Shown here: piece after piece, positions 49,492-58,830 of the stretch
Layout: every line of letters starts with the position of its first letter
Position numbering within the stretch: position 1 is the first letter of the stretch
NCBI GenBank assembly: GCA_963676395.1
Contig: OY781066.1
Span: 2,047,586 to 2,111,585 of the forward strand
Source of the DNA: a bacterium
GTDB taxonomy: Bacteria; Fidelibacterota; Fidelibacteria; Fidelibacterales; Fidelibacteraceae
Reading direction: 5' to 3'
DNA length: 64,000 nucleotides
Program-made: the position numbers and the translations under genes
The notes under the pieces: generated by a model
Seen by the model: only the letters and a program-made list of their open reading frames with translations
Database searches by the model: none
What the model was told of the DNA's origin: nothing

Positions 49492-52143
49492 TTATTTTAA
49501 GAGTACAAGTTTGTTTGTAGCGGTGAATTCGGGTGTTTCGATACGATAGAGATACATACCTGATGAGAGGTGTGCGGCATTCCAACGTAAGTCGTAAGCA
49601 CCGGCATTCATGCTGGTGTTGACCAATTCTTCAACCAGACGACCTGAGATGTCATAAACTGACAATTTTACGTCTGTGGCACTAGCCAATTCAAAACGAA
49701 TGGTAGTTACAGGGTTGAAAGGATTGGGGAAGTTTTGATGCAATGCAAAGCTTGAAGGTATATCGGAAATTGCATCAGGAGGTGTTTCCATAAGTGTTAC
49801 ATCACCGTTTTTACGAACTTCGATCTTGATACTGCCATATGAGTACATGACAACACCTTTAACGGCGGCAAGTGAATCACCGGTAACCAAAGTATCGTTC
49901 CCAACAACAACATTTTCTTCATAGTTGATAACCATAACAGAATCTGCAACACAATCATCATCAAGTAAAAATGAGTTTGTACCATCGGTTAGTGTCAAAT
50001 CGTAACTGTTGATAGATCCAATTACCAATGGTGCTTCCAATTCAACCAGAACACCTTCGAATGATTCGGGATTAGCTTCCAATTCTGCAAGTGTTGCAGG
50101 GGTGGTACCAAGGGGACCTTCACTTAGTTTTAGAGATACTGAGCCGTCAACATAAGTATTGGTCTGGTACTTCCAGTAAGCTTCATGGTCATCATCAACT
50201 TTACCGGTTACGGTAACCAAGTCACCTTCAACGAGTGAGGCAATTTCGCTTGCAGGGGCAAGAACCCAAACACCGTTCCACGCACCTGTTGCAGAGGCAA
50301 CAGGGAAAGCGCATTTATCGGCTGAATTTTTAAATGTAGCCATATCTGCACCATCACTCATCATGTAGGCATCGAATGTTACATTGCAACCATCTAGCGG
50401 ACTTTTACCGCTTGCAGCGTGTGTATATTGAATGTCGTATACACTTACATTACCATCAATGACTTTGTATGTAAAGTAATTACTTTCTTCATAATTTGAA
50501 GGAAGTGCAGATACATCGCTTGAATCATCAACAACATAGTAATAGTATTCAACAATAGCGTCATCAGCTTGCGCAGGGATAACACCTGTCCAGATATTGC
50601 CTGTACTTTCAGTCATATTTACAGATGTAAAATCACCATCGTTGACTTTGTAATATATTTTTGCAGTGTCAATGTTTCTCAACGTTGAGATAAGAACATT
50701 GGCTGTAACGGTTTGAGTAGGTGTTGGGATATTAGCCGGTGTTCTTGAAGGGTTCAAGAGCATAGCAGGACCTTCACCCAAAACAATGTCTTCTTTGTAA
50801 AGCGGTTCGATTTTGTATGTTGTAGAATCGACATGAGAACCATAGTGATGATAGATCCATCCGGTGACAGATTCAATCGGGGTCATTACCGGAGGAGCAA
50901 GATAATCTTCCAAACTATCAGAATCACTGTCTACAAGGATATCACCTGAGCCATCATCAATGCCCATAATTTCGTATTGTGGCGTATTATTTACAACCAA
51001 GGCATTTTCAATTTTTACAATATTGTTACCCCATTGTTCGGCTGTAAGAGGTATACGAAGATCACCGGTTGTTACAACTGCTGTATCAGGAAGAGCGCTA
51101 ACGCCAACAACGTTGACGTCGCCAACCAAGAAGAATTCAGTCATATTTGCAGGTGAAGTAGAATATTCACCGACATAACCGCTCATTTCAATGAGATCAG
51201 TGGCAAATAAGTCAGGATATACCGAAGCATCCTGGTTGTAGGATAGAATACATGACCAAGGACCGCCGTGTACATCTGATAGGATGAACTTAACACCATC
51301 TCCGGCATACGATAAACCGGTAGGCATGGTAACAACGCCTTTAATGTGGAAAGTTGTATCGGCAGGGTTATCTCTATCGGCACCTTCATCAAAGTAAGAT
51401 TTATCTGATTCGCCGTCTTTTAGTGCTTTCATAAGATCAGAGGCGCGAACTTGCTGAATTCTTTGAATACGAGTGTAAATTTTTGTTCCACCTTTTAAAG
51501 GACCTTCGATAATATCCCATGCCAGGCGAGGTAGGATTTTAGGATTATCGTAAGAGTAATTCATAACACCTGTAATTGAAATTAATGAATCATATTCATC
51601 TTGCCAGAAATAATATGGTGCTTGACCTTCGTCGTCAACCATAACTGAATCTGTCGCATCGCAAACTTCCCATTCACCGTAGCTTTTATCGGGATTAGAG
51701 ATAGCTACATTTTTTAAACTGACAAGTACAGATTCATATTCTTCAAGTTTTGCATCGGCAGCGCTTAATACTAGTGGAGCAGGGCAACCAACACCGGCTT
51801 GTTCAACAACAACGGCTGTAACATCTTTAAGTCTTGTCATACCGTAGTTTTCATGTGTTGTACCTGAAATTGTGACCGAATCACCTTCAGCAACGATCGT
51901 CGTATCACCAACGAAAGATGAAATATTAGCACCGAGCTTGATATATAGTCCGCTCCAAGGGCCAGTACCGTCCTGAATAAACATGTAATCGCCACCCAAG
52001 GCATATGGTTCAACGGTAACAACACCGGAAACCGTTACAGCGGTTCCTTCGGCAACTGTACCTTGTTGGATATCACTGATCGTGGTCGCAAAAGCTGATA
52101 CGGCCAAGACGAGTGATATCATAATGATTAGAAATTTTCTCAT
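49492..52143 (-). CDS. large modular secreted protein with a T9SS C-terminal sorting domain
   Basis: Signal peptide ending AFA. C-terminus FPNPFNPVTTIRFEL...VYDISGRLV...GMYLYRIE...KLVLLK. Repeated IQ...G..V.V.G.V modules. Confidence 0.8.
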   Translation of the reverse strand: MRKFLIIMISLVLAVSAFATTISDIQQGTVAEGTAVTVSGVVTVEPYALGGDYMFIQDGTGPWSGLYIKLGANISSFVGDTTIVAEGDSVTISGTTHENYGMTRLKDVTAVVVEQAGVGCPAPLVLSAADAKLEEYESVLVSLKNVAISNPDKSYGEWEVCDATDSVMVDDEGQAPYYFWQDEYDSLISITGVMNYSYDNPKILPRLAWDIIEGPLKGGTKIYTRIQRIQQVRASDLMKALKDGESDKSYFDEGADRDNPADTTFHIKGVVTMPTGLSYAGDGVKFILSDVHGGPWSCILSYNQDASVYPDLFATDLIEMSGYVGEYSTSPANMTEFFLVGDVNVVGVSALPDTAVVTTGDLRIPLTAEQWGNNIVKIENALVVNNTPQYEIMGIDDGSGDILVDSDSDSLEDYLAPPVMTPIESVTGWIYHHYGSHVDSTTYKIEPLYKEDIVLGEGPAMLLNPSRTPANIPTPTQTVTANVLISTLRNIDTAKIYYKVNDGDFTSVNMTESTGNIWTGVIPAQADDAIVEYYYYVVDDSSDVSALPSNYEESNYFTYKVIDGNVSVYDIQYTHAASGKSPLDGCNVTFDAYMMSDGADMATFKNSADKCAFPVASATGAWNGVWVLAPASEIASLVEGDLVTVTGKVDDDHEAYWKYQTNTYVDGSVSLKLSEGPLGTTPATLAELEANPESFEGVLVELEAPLVIGSINSYDLTLTDGTNSFLLDDDCVADSVMVINYEENVVVGNDTLVTGDSLAAVKGVVMYSYGSIKIEVRKNGDVTLMETPPDAISDIPSSFALHQNFPNPFNPVTTIRFELASATDVKLSVYDISGRLVEELVNTSMNAGAYDLRWNAAHLSSGMYLYRIETPEFTATNKLVLLK

Positions 52144-52165
52144 CTGTTTTCTCCTTGTTTGTATA

Positions 52166-54316
52166 CTATTTTATTACAAGAAATCTGCCGGTTTTTATGT
52201 AACCGTTAGATTCATTTTCGACTGCGAAAATATACATACCTGTTGCAAGCGCTTGATCGTGGTCCGTAATAAGATCCCAAGCATGTTCTCCGCCGGCATA
52301 TGCGGTGTTAGAACTTAGGCCTTCTTGTAAGCGGCGGGTTTCACTTCCGGTATAGGTAGCTGCATCATGTTCAATGGTTTTCACCAATTCACCGGATATA
52401 GTAAAAACTCTGATCGTCGCTTTTGCCGGTAGACCGGTAAACCAGATCATTCTGTCACGTACACCTGAGCCATCCCATAATGCATTAACGCGGTAAGGGT
52501 TAGGATATACACCAACTTCCGTTTCTTCGTCTTCAATGGATTGTTGACCGGTGATAACGGTGATCTTATTCTCTAATTGAGACGATTCAAGAGATTCAAG
52601 TCCGGTTCGAGCGTCACCTCGATCAAATGAAGTGACCGCAAAGATATTTTTATCGGGCCAGCCGTTTAAAAGATTGGCATTTTCGAATTTGTAATAAAAG
52701 GTGTCTTGTCCAAAGATCTCGTAAGATGGATTTCCTAATTCATCTTTAATACGGATATAGTCGAAACCCGTATTGTATCCAAGTTCATTCTTCAAGTCAA
52801 AGGTGGCAAGAAGTGTCCATTCGGCTGCTAACTGAGATGTTTTACGACGAGCGTAAACTTTGTAGCCTTCAAAATCTTTTTCACGAGAAATAGGATCTTC
52901 GGCAAATTCCGGGATATTGTTCCAATATAGTGTGACTTTACCTTTTTCGGGGACAACATGCAGTTTGGGTGAGGGAGGAGGTGCAGGAAGGACGAAACGA
53001 TTTAATATGCCATCACCATTCTGATCTTCATTGATCTCTGGATCCAAACGGCCATTTCCATTAACATCTTCGCCGTTAAATGCTTTTTGTGCCCAGTCTG
53101 CATTTACACGTAGAAGTGAACGACGAGCGGGAGTGTCATCGGGACCTTCGTTGGCCCATTGACCGCAAACGATGGCAAAAGCGACATCAATAGCTTGTCC
53201 GGGCTGAATTTCCCATGAGGAGCTATCCGGAGTGGCAGGCTGAGTTCCAAAAGGCCCGGCCGAAACCAGGATCATCCATGAGGCAGGTTTTGATGGATAA
53301 CCGGCATCTGTATAGTCCGATTCTCCGGGATGTTTGGGGACTGAATGACTTAACTTGTCATAACGTTCTTCATCGGTTAATGGCATAAAGTATTCTGGAT
53401 AATCCATATCTAATGAGGTATTCCATTTCCATTGATCGTAATGTGTATCCCAATAGGCACGCGGTACCGTTTCGGTACCGAGAAAAGTAAATCCCACATA
53501 GGATTGGGCGTATCCGTTATCACCATCTTGATCAAACTGGTAAGCGATATCTCTTTCCAATCCTTCAAACGAATCATCGGGAATTGGATCAAAGATGGAT
53601 TCATCATATCCATTTTGATTATCATACCAGCTCCAACCGCCACCGGGTTCATATATACTGGTATAATTCATATTACCTACGGCGGCATCTGCCCAAATAC
53701 CTACGTAGGCATCATTGATGATATCAGAACCGATATTGGTAATGTGATAGTTAAGGATCACAAAAGCATCCGTAAACGAGAAGTTCCAAGTATAAGTAGT
53801 AACATCAACCTGAATATTTAGAGGTTGGTGATCGACCACTTCACCTTGATCATGGAATGTTGCTTTGAAATCCTGATGCGATATGGCGTAAGGTGAGTAA
53901 ACCTTTGAAGTTGGTATAGATGAACGCTCAAAAATAGAGTCACCGTTATCGGTGAATTCAAATCCGGCTGAACCGTAATCAAAAACACCATCTACAACAC
54001 CGGTACTTACGCGTTTTTCCCCATTGATCTTGCCGCCGACCCATAGACCGCCGTAAGACATATGTTCAACTTGTTCCTTCAAGTTGTCGGGATATTGTTT
54101 ATACATACAAGAAGGCTGGTTAGGGTTGTTGTAACCCTCACCGATCACACCAAAGTTCGTAATTGTTAAACCGAGTTGTCCTACTGTAGTATAATGTACA
54201 TAATCCGCCACTGATGCGGAAGCTTTGGCCAAAGGCGCCGGATAGCGATCATTGGCAAAGGATTGACCTGCTAATATTAACAGAACAAATAGAAGAATTG
54301 GGAGCTGTTTTTTCAC
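52166..54316 (-). CDS. secreted protein with a T9SS-type (FlgD-Ig-like) C-terminal sorting domain
   Basis: GTG start with AGAGGA RBS and a signal ending SFA. C-terminus VYPNPY...ATIRVFTISGELV...GMYIFAV...GRFLVIK. Acidic loops DVNGNGRLD and DQNGDGILN look like Ca-binding sites. Confidence 0.75.
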   Translation of the reverse strand: MKKQLPILLFVLLILAGQSFANDRYPAPLAKASASVADYVHYTTVGQLGLTITNFGVIGEGYNNPNQPSCMYKQYPDNLKEQVEHMSYGGLWVGGKINGEKRVSTGVVDGVFDYGSAGFEFTDNGDSIFERSSIPTSKVYSPYAISHQDFKATFHDQGEVVDHQPLNIQVDVTTYTWNFSFTDAFVILNYHITNIGSDIINDAYVGIWADAAVGNMNYTSIYEPGGGWSWYDNQNGYDESIFDPIPDDSFEGLERDIAYQFDQDGDNGYAQSYVGFTFLGTETVPRAYWDTHYDQWKWNTSLDMDYPEYFMPLTDEERYDKLSHSVPKHPGESDYTDAGYPSKPASWMILVSAGPFGTQPATPDSSSWEIQPGQAIDVAFAIVCGQWANEGPDDTPARRSLLRVNADWAQKAFNGEDVNGNGRLDPEINEDQNGDGILNRFVLPAPPPSPKLHVVPEKGKVTLYWNNIPEFAEDPISREKDFEGYKVYARRKTSQLAAEWTLLATFDLKNELGYNTGFDYIRIKDELGNPSYEIFGQDTFYYKFENANLLNGWPDKNIFAVTSFDRGDARTGLESLESSQLENKITVITGQQSIEDEETEVGVYPNPYRVNALWDGSGVRDRMIWFTGLPAKATIRVFTISGELVKTIEHDAATYTGSETRRLQEGLSSNTAYAGGEHAWDLITDHDQALATGMYIFAVENESNGYIKTGRFLVIK

Positions 54317-54351
54317 TATAATCCTCTGTTTCCAAGTGCTAAGATAAGGGC

Positions 54352-54369
54352 ATTATATAGCAATGTCAA
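54352..54369 (-). promoter_or_regulatory. candidate extended -10 promoter of the six-gene operon
   Basis: Minus strand TTGACATTGCTATATAATG, i.e. TGC-TATATA/TATAAT, about 35-50 nt upstream of the GTG at 54316. Confidence 0.45.
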
Positions 54370-54937
54370 AAAATAAAAAATATTTTTCATTGTCAATATC
54401 TTGTGTATTACTCTGTTGATGTACACAATATATGTAGTTTTTTGCTTTGGGATTTATCATTGAATCATTCAAGTTAAAGATTAAAAGTCGTTATATACTA
54501 TTTATTGGCAATAAGTAAATGGAGAAATGCCTGAAATACCGAAGAAGTGAAGTTATAAGCAAATGAAATTAAAAACCCGCATTTGTAATTATTTACCTGT
54601 TTTTGCTTTACTTAAATTTATTTATTGAGATAAGTGCTTATACGTTCTTCTACATTTATGTGTAGATTTTATATCATATAGAGTCATCGTATCAATGCTA
54701 GACTTCTTCGGGGAAAGCCCTGATATCAGGCGTATCACTTGTTCGTCCGTTTTTAGGCATATTAACTCTGGTGATAAATACATTTATATAAGGCGTAAAT
54801 ACGCTGGGTTGGGTCGGAAATATTCCACTTACTGAAGCTATTTCTATAGATCAGATATATTCATGGTAGTGTAGCTATCATTGCTGATAGTGGAGAATAT
54901 TTAAAAAAACATCGGCAAATGAATTGATCATAAATAT

Positions 54938-54967
54938 TTGACAGATTATTTAAAATAAGGATAATAT
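54938..54967 (+). promoter_or_regulatory. strong sigma70-like promoter about 190 nt upstream of purB
   Basis: TTGACA (54938-54943), 17 nt, ATAATA (54961-54966). Confidence 0.45.
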
Positions 54968-55160
54968 GTTTAAGGTTTTAAGTATAATAAGTATCAGTCG
55001 TGTTCTAAACCTATATAAAATTGGTTGCTCATTATTTATAATTAATAATTCAATATTCACTATTCATAATTGCCTTAGGAGAATTGTTGCATTATATTTC
55101 AGCGTGGATGGTGAATCGCTCGATTTGCCGGGTAAAAGGGTAAAAAGTAAAGGATCAGAG

Positions 55161-56519
55161 ATGTTAAAAGCAATTTCTCCTCTCGATGGCCGTTATTTAA
55201 AGCGAGTCGAGGTGCTCGGTGATTATTTCTCAGAATTTGCATTGATGGGCTCACGCGTATGGGTTGAGTGTCAATTTTTGCTGGCTTTAGATAAAACAGG
55301 ACTTTTTGATCCTCTCAGTTCGCGTGAGATTAAGAAGATCCAAAAGCAACTTGAATTATTTACCGAAAAAGATTATTTGGCAATTAAAGAAATTGAAAAG
55401 ACCTTAAATCATGATGTAAAGTCTTGTGAGGTTTTTTTAATTAATACCCTTGGATTAAAACATCCTAATATGATCCATTTTGGGTTAACATCCGAAGATG
55501 TTAATAATCTTTCTCATACATTATTATTAAAAAGGTACCGCGATGAAGTCCAGCTTCCCGCCTTATCGGATTTTTTAGGCTTTCTTGCCGGAAAAATTAA
55601 GGAATGGAAAAGCATTCCTATGCCGGCTAGAACGCATGGCCAAATGGCTTCACCAACCACGGTCGGAAAAGAATTTGCCGTGTTTGCATCTCGTATACTG
55701 CGTCAGTATTCAGCACTGAAAAATTTCACCTTTAGAGGTAAGTTAAACGGTGCTACAGGTAATTATTCTGCCTTTACATCTGCCTCTAAAGATGTTGATT
55801 GGATAAAGTTTTCAAAGGATTTTATTGCCGGGATCGGCTTAGATATTAATCCTGTGACAACCCAGATCGAAGATCATGATAATTGGGCGGAATATTTTTT
55901 CCTGACAAAAATGATCAATACCATCTTGATTGATATGAATGAAGATATGTGGGTTTATCTGATGTTGGGATATTTAAAGCAAGAAGCAAAAACCGGAGAA
56001 GTAGGCTCTTCGACCATGCCTCATAAGGTTAATCCAATAAATTTTGAGAATTCTGAAGGTAATTTAGGCATCGCCAACTCATTGCTTGAACATTTTACAA
56101 GCAAACTTAGTCGCTCACGTTTACAACGTGATCTTTCAGATTCTACCGTAGAAAGAAATTTTGGTGTAGCACTTGGTCATACACATCTTGGTTTGGTTGA
56201 AACTATGCGAGGATTGAAAAAGCTTACCGTGAATGTTGAGTTTTGTGAGAGTGAGTTACATCGTTATCCGGAGTTATTGGCTGAACCTATTCAGACAATC
56301 TTACGTCGAGAAAATTTTGCTAATCCCTATGATGTAATGAAAAATCTTACGCGAGGAAATGATTTTACAGTCGCAAATTTGAATAAGTTCATTGATACAC
56401 TTAAAGTTGAAGATAAAACCCGTATGGAACTCTCACAATTGAGGACATATTCTTATGTTGGCCTGGCGGAGAAAGTCTGCGATGACCTATTGAAAGAGTT
56501 GAAGAGTTTAGGGTTCTAG
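55161..56519 (+). CDS. purB: adenylosuccinate lyase
   Basis: MLKAISPLDGRY..., SSTMPHKVNP. The ATG at 55161 is preferred; the ORF-track start at 54966 adds 65 non-homologous residues. Confidence 0.93.
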   Translation: MLKAISPLDGRYLKRVEVLGDYFSEFALMGSRVWVECQFLLALDKTGLFDPLSSREIKKIQKQLELFTEKDYLAIKEIEKTLNHDVKSCEVFLINTLGLKHPNMIHFGLTSEDVNNLSHTLLLKRYRDEVQLPALSDFLGFLAGKIKEWKSIPMPARTHGQMASPTTVGKEFAVFASRILRQYSALKNFTFRGKLNGATGNYSAFTSASKDVDWIKFSKDFIAGIGLDINPVTTQIEDHDNWAEYFFLTKMINTILIDMNEDMWVYLMLGYLKQEAKTGEVGSSTMPHKVNPINFENSEGNLGIANSLLEHFTSKLSRSRLQRDLSDSTVERNFGVALGHTHLGLVETMRGLKKLTVNVEFCESELHRYPELLAEPIQTILRRENFANPYDVMKNLTRGNDFTVANLNKFIDTLKVEDKTRMELSQLRTYSYVGLAEKVCDDLLKELKSLGF

Positions 56520-56761
56520 AGCTTCGTTTAGTTTGTCGGATTGATTCATTCTACATTGAGCGGGTGAAAAATCGAACGGTTGGGTAGGTATAGATTGAAA
56601 CGACTTAAACGCTTAAGAACATCCGAACAGGAAAAAAGGATATTTGAAGAATTATCATCAATATTTTCTGCGGTGGTATGCTATCGGACCACTTGCATTC
56701 GTATTCTCTAGATAGAAATTAAAAGTGATAGATTATTATTTTAAACGAAAAAGGTTTTGAT

Positions 56762-58021
56762 ATGAATATTGTCGTAATAGGCTCCGGTGGTCGAGAACAT
56801 GCTCTAGTTTGGAAGTTGGAACAATCACCTTTGGCAGAAAATGTTTTCGTTTTGCCCGGAAATGGCGGTACTAAAAACAATGTTGATATTGATGCTTCAG
56901 ATATTGATGCTTTAAAAGCATTTTGTGAAAAAGAAAATGTATCTCTTATCGTTGTTGGACCTGAGATCCCTCTTGCAGATGGAATTGTGGACGCTTTTAA
57001 TGATTCGAATGTGTTAGTTTTTGGTCCGGATAAAGCAGCGGCTCAATTGGAAGGTTCTAAGATCTTTTCAAAGAAATTCATGCAGAAGCATGGTGTTGCT
57101 ACAGCGGATTTTAGGATATTCACAGCAGCAGATGATCCTGTAGGTATGATCAAAGATTATGAAGGCAATGTAGTTATTAAATATGATGGCCTTGCTGCCG
57201 GTAAAGGTGTGTATGTTTGTTCATCTGAAGCTGAAGCTTTCGAAGCGGTAAATGATATCAAGATAAAATATGGTCAGGATGCCGAGTATATCATGGAAAC
57301 CAAGTTTTATGGTCAGGAATTGTCGATAATTGGTATTACAGACGGTAATGCTATTTCCTGTTTACTACCTTCACAAGATCATAAAGCTGCTTTTGATGGC
57401 GATAAAGGTCCCAATACCGGTGGTATGGGTGCTTATTGTCCGGCTCCTTTGGCGACAGACGAATTACTAATGAAGATAGATGATACAATTATTTTACCCA
57501 CTTTGAATGGTATTGAGGCAGAAGGTTTTAATTATAAAGGCGTGATCTACTTTGGTATTATGCTTGATGAAGATGGCGAACCTAAATTACTTGAATATAA
57601 TGTGCGTTTTGGTGATCCCGAAACCGAGGTGATCCTTCCTTCGTTGAAAAGTGATCTGTTAGAACTTATTCTTGCTGTTTTTGATGGTTCTTTGGGGGAC
57701 ATGGAATTGGAATTCAACGATGGATATTTCGTTGATGTTGTACTTACATCTGGTGGTTACCCCGGAGCCTATGAAAAAGGAAAAGAGATCACAGGTCTTG
57801 ATAATCTAAGTGCAGATACTATATGCTTTCATGCCGGAACGAAAGAAAGAGATGGAAAGTTGCTTACATCCGGTGGACGCGTATTAAATATCGTTTGTAA
57901 AGATAGAAGTCTTGAAAATGCTGTTAATAAATGCTATGAAGAGATATTGAAAGTAGAATTTAAAAACATGGCATATCGTAATGATATTGCCCATAAGGCT
58001 TTGAATCAATCATTAAGATAA
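56762..58021 (+). CDS. purD: phosphoribosylamine-glycine ligase
   Basis: MNIVVIGSGGREHALVWKL, ATP-grasp core, EYNVRFGDPE. Confidence 0.95.
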   Translation: MNIVVIGSGGREHALVWKLEQSPLAENVFVLPGNGGTKNNVDIDASDIDALKAFCEKENVSLIVVGPEIPLADGIVDAFNDSNVLVFGPDKAAAQLEGSKIFSKKFMQKHGVATADFRIFTAADDPVGMIKDYEGNVVIKYDGLAAGKGVYVCSSEAEAFEAVNDIKIKYGQDAEYIMETKFYGQELSIIGITDGNAISCLLPSQDHKAAFDGDKGPNTGGMGAYCPAPLATDELLMKIDDTIILPTLNGIEAEGFNYKGVIYFGIMLDEDGEPKLLEYNVRFGDPETEVILPSLKSDLLELILAVFDGSLGDMELEFNDGYFVDVVLTSGGYPGAYEKGKEITGLDNLSADTICFHAGTKERDGKLLTSGGRVLNIVCKDRSLENAVNKCYEEILKVEFKNMAYRNDIAHKALNQSLR

Positions 58022-58088
58022 CCTAGGGGACGGTCTGGCCCGCTCTGCATAAAAAATATACCTTGGATTTTAATTCAAGGGAAACAGG

Positions 58089-58826
58089 ATGAACAAAAAA
58101 ACATCACATCGCGGTTTAACATCACAATCGGCAGATAGATATATCGATTCATCGATCCCTCGACTTTTTTCTCAACGTTTCAACGTATTTAACTTTAAAC
58201 GAATTATCCTTCTTGTTGCAATTCTTGTTTTGTTGACTTCTTGTATAGAGTATCGTGAAGAGCTTTGGCTGGAGCACGATCTATCGGGACGTATTCATTT
58301 TGATATTGGCTTACCCTCGATGACAGGTATTGAAGACGATGATATATCAGAGTTGAGCATTGTCGCTTTGTGCGATACGGTAGAAGGTATCACTGTGACC
58401 GATCATAGTACGTATTTGATCGATGAGAATACCTGGATACATGTCGAGTTGACTTTTGATAATATTTATTTGTTGAATGAAATAGAAAACGAATGGTTTG
58501 GTAAATTTTATATTTTTGATGAACAAGGCAGTCGAACCTTGAAACGATTTATTACCATGAGCGATACGATAAAGGCCAGTTCCGGTAATTTTGCCAATGT
58601 GTTGAAATATGCAATGTTAGGTCAGTATTCATGGATCTATACTTTGCATTTTCCCGATGAGTTGTATGAGGTCAACGCTCACCTTGCCAGAACGGATACG
58701 ACGAGAAATACGGCTGTCTGGGAGTATAGCCTTGCCTCACTGATAAATGAACAGAAAACGATCATGGGGCGTTACCGGCAACGAAACAGCTTTAATCGAT
58801 TTATAAACAACATTTTTAAGCGATAG
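58089..58826 (+). CDS. hypothetical lipoprotein embedded between purD and purN
   Basis: Hydrophobic segment plus lipobox ILLVAILVLLTSC about 50 residues from the first ATG, so the true start may be internal. No motif recognised. Confidence 0.5.
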   Translation: MNKKTSHRGLTSQSADRYIDSSIPRLFSQRFNVFNFKRIILLVAILVLLTSCIEYREELWLEHDLSGRIHFDIGLPSMTGIEDDDISELSIVALCDTVEGITVTDHSTYLIDENTWIHVELTFDNIYLLNEIENEWFGKFYIFDEQGSRTLKRFITMSDTIKASSGNFANVLKYAMLGQYSWIYTLHFPDELYEVNAHLARTDTTRNTAVWEYSLASLINEQKTIMGRYRQRNSFNRFINNIFKR

Positions 58827-58830
58827 AACT

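Noticed and set aside
55090-55145. Possible purine riboswitch upstream of purB (TATATTTCAGCGTGGATGGTGAATCGCT...CCGGGTAAAAGGG, loosely like UAUAAUCGCGUGGAUAUGGCACGCA...CCGGGCACC).
   Set aside because: A P2-like stem can be drawn, but no P3 helix (CCGGG has no complementary partner) and no closing P1. The J2/3 and J3/1 conserved bases are also absent.
54966-55160. The ORF-track start of the purB ORF adds 65 N-terminal residues (MFKVLSIISI...).
   Set aside because: The residues are low-complexity translation of AT-rich DNA, and the ATG lies inside the predicted -10 box. Homology to adenylosuccinate lyase begins at MLKAISPLDGRY (ATG 55161).
38415-55160. The minus-strand block splitting the pur cluster, considered as a mobile genomic island.
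   Set aside because: No integrase, transposase, tRNA target, flanking direct repeats or phage/conjugation genes are visible. It is kept only as a rearrangement observation.
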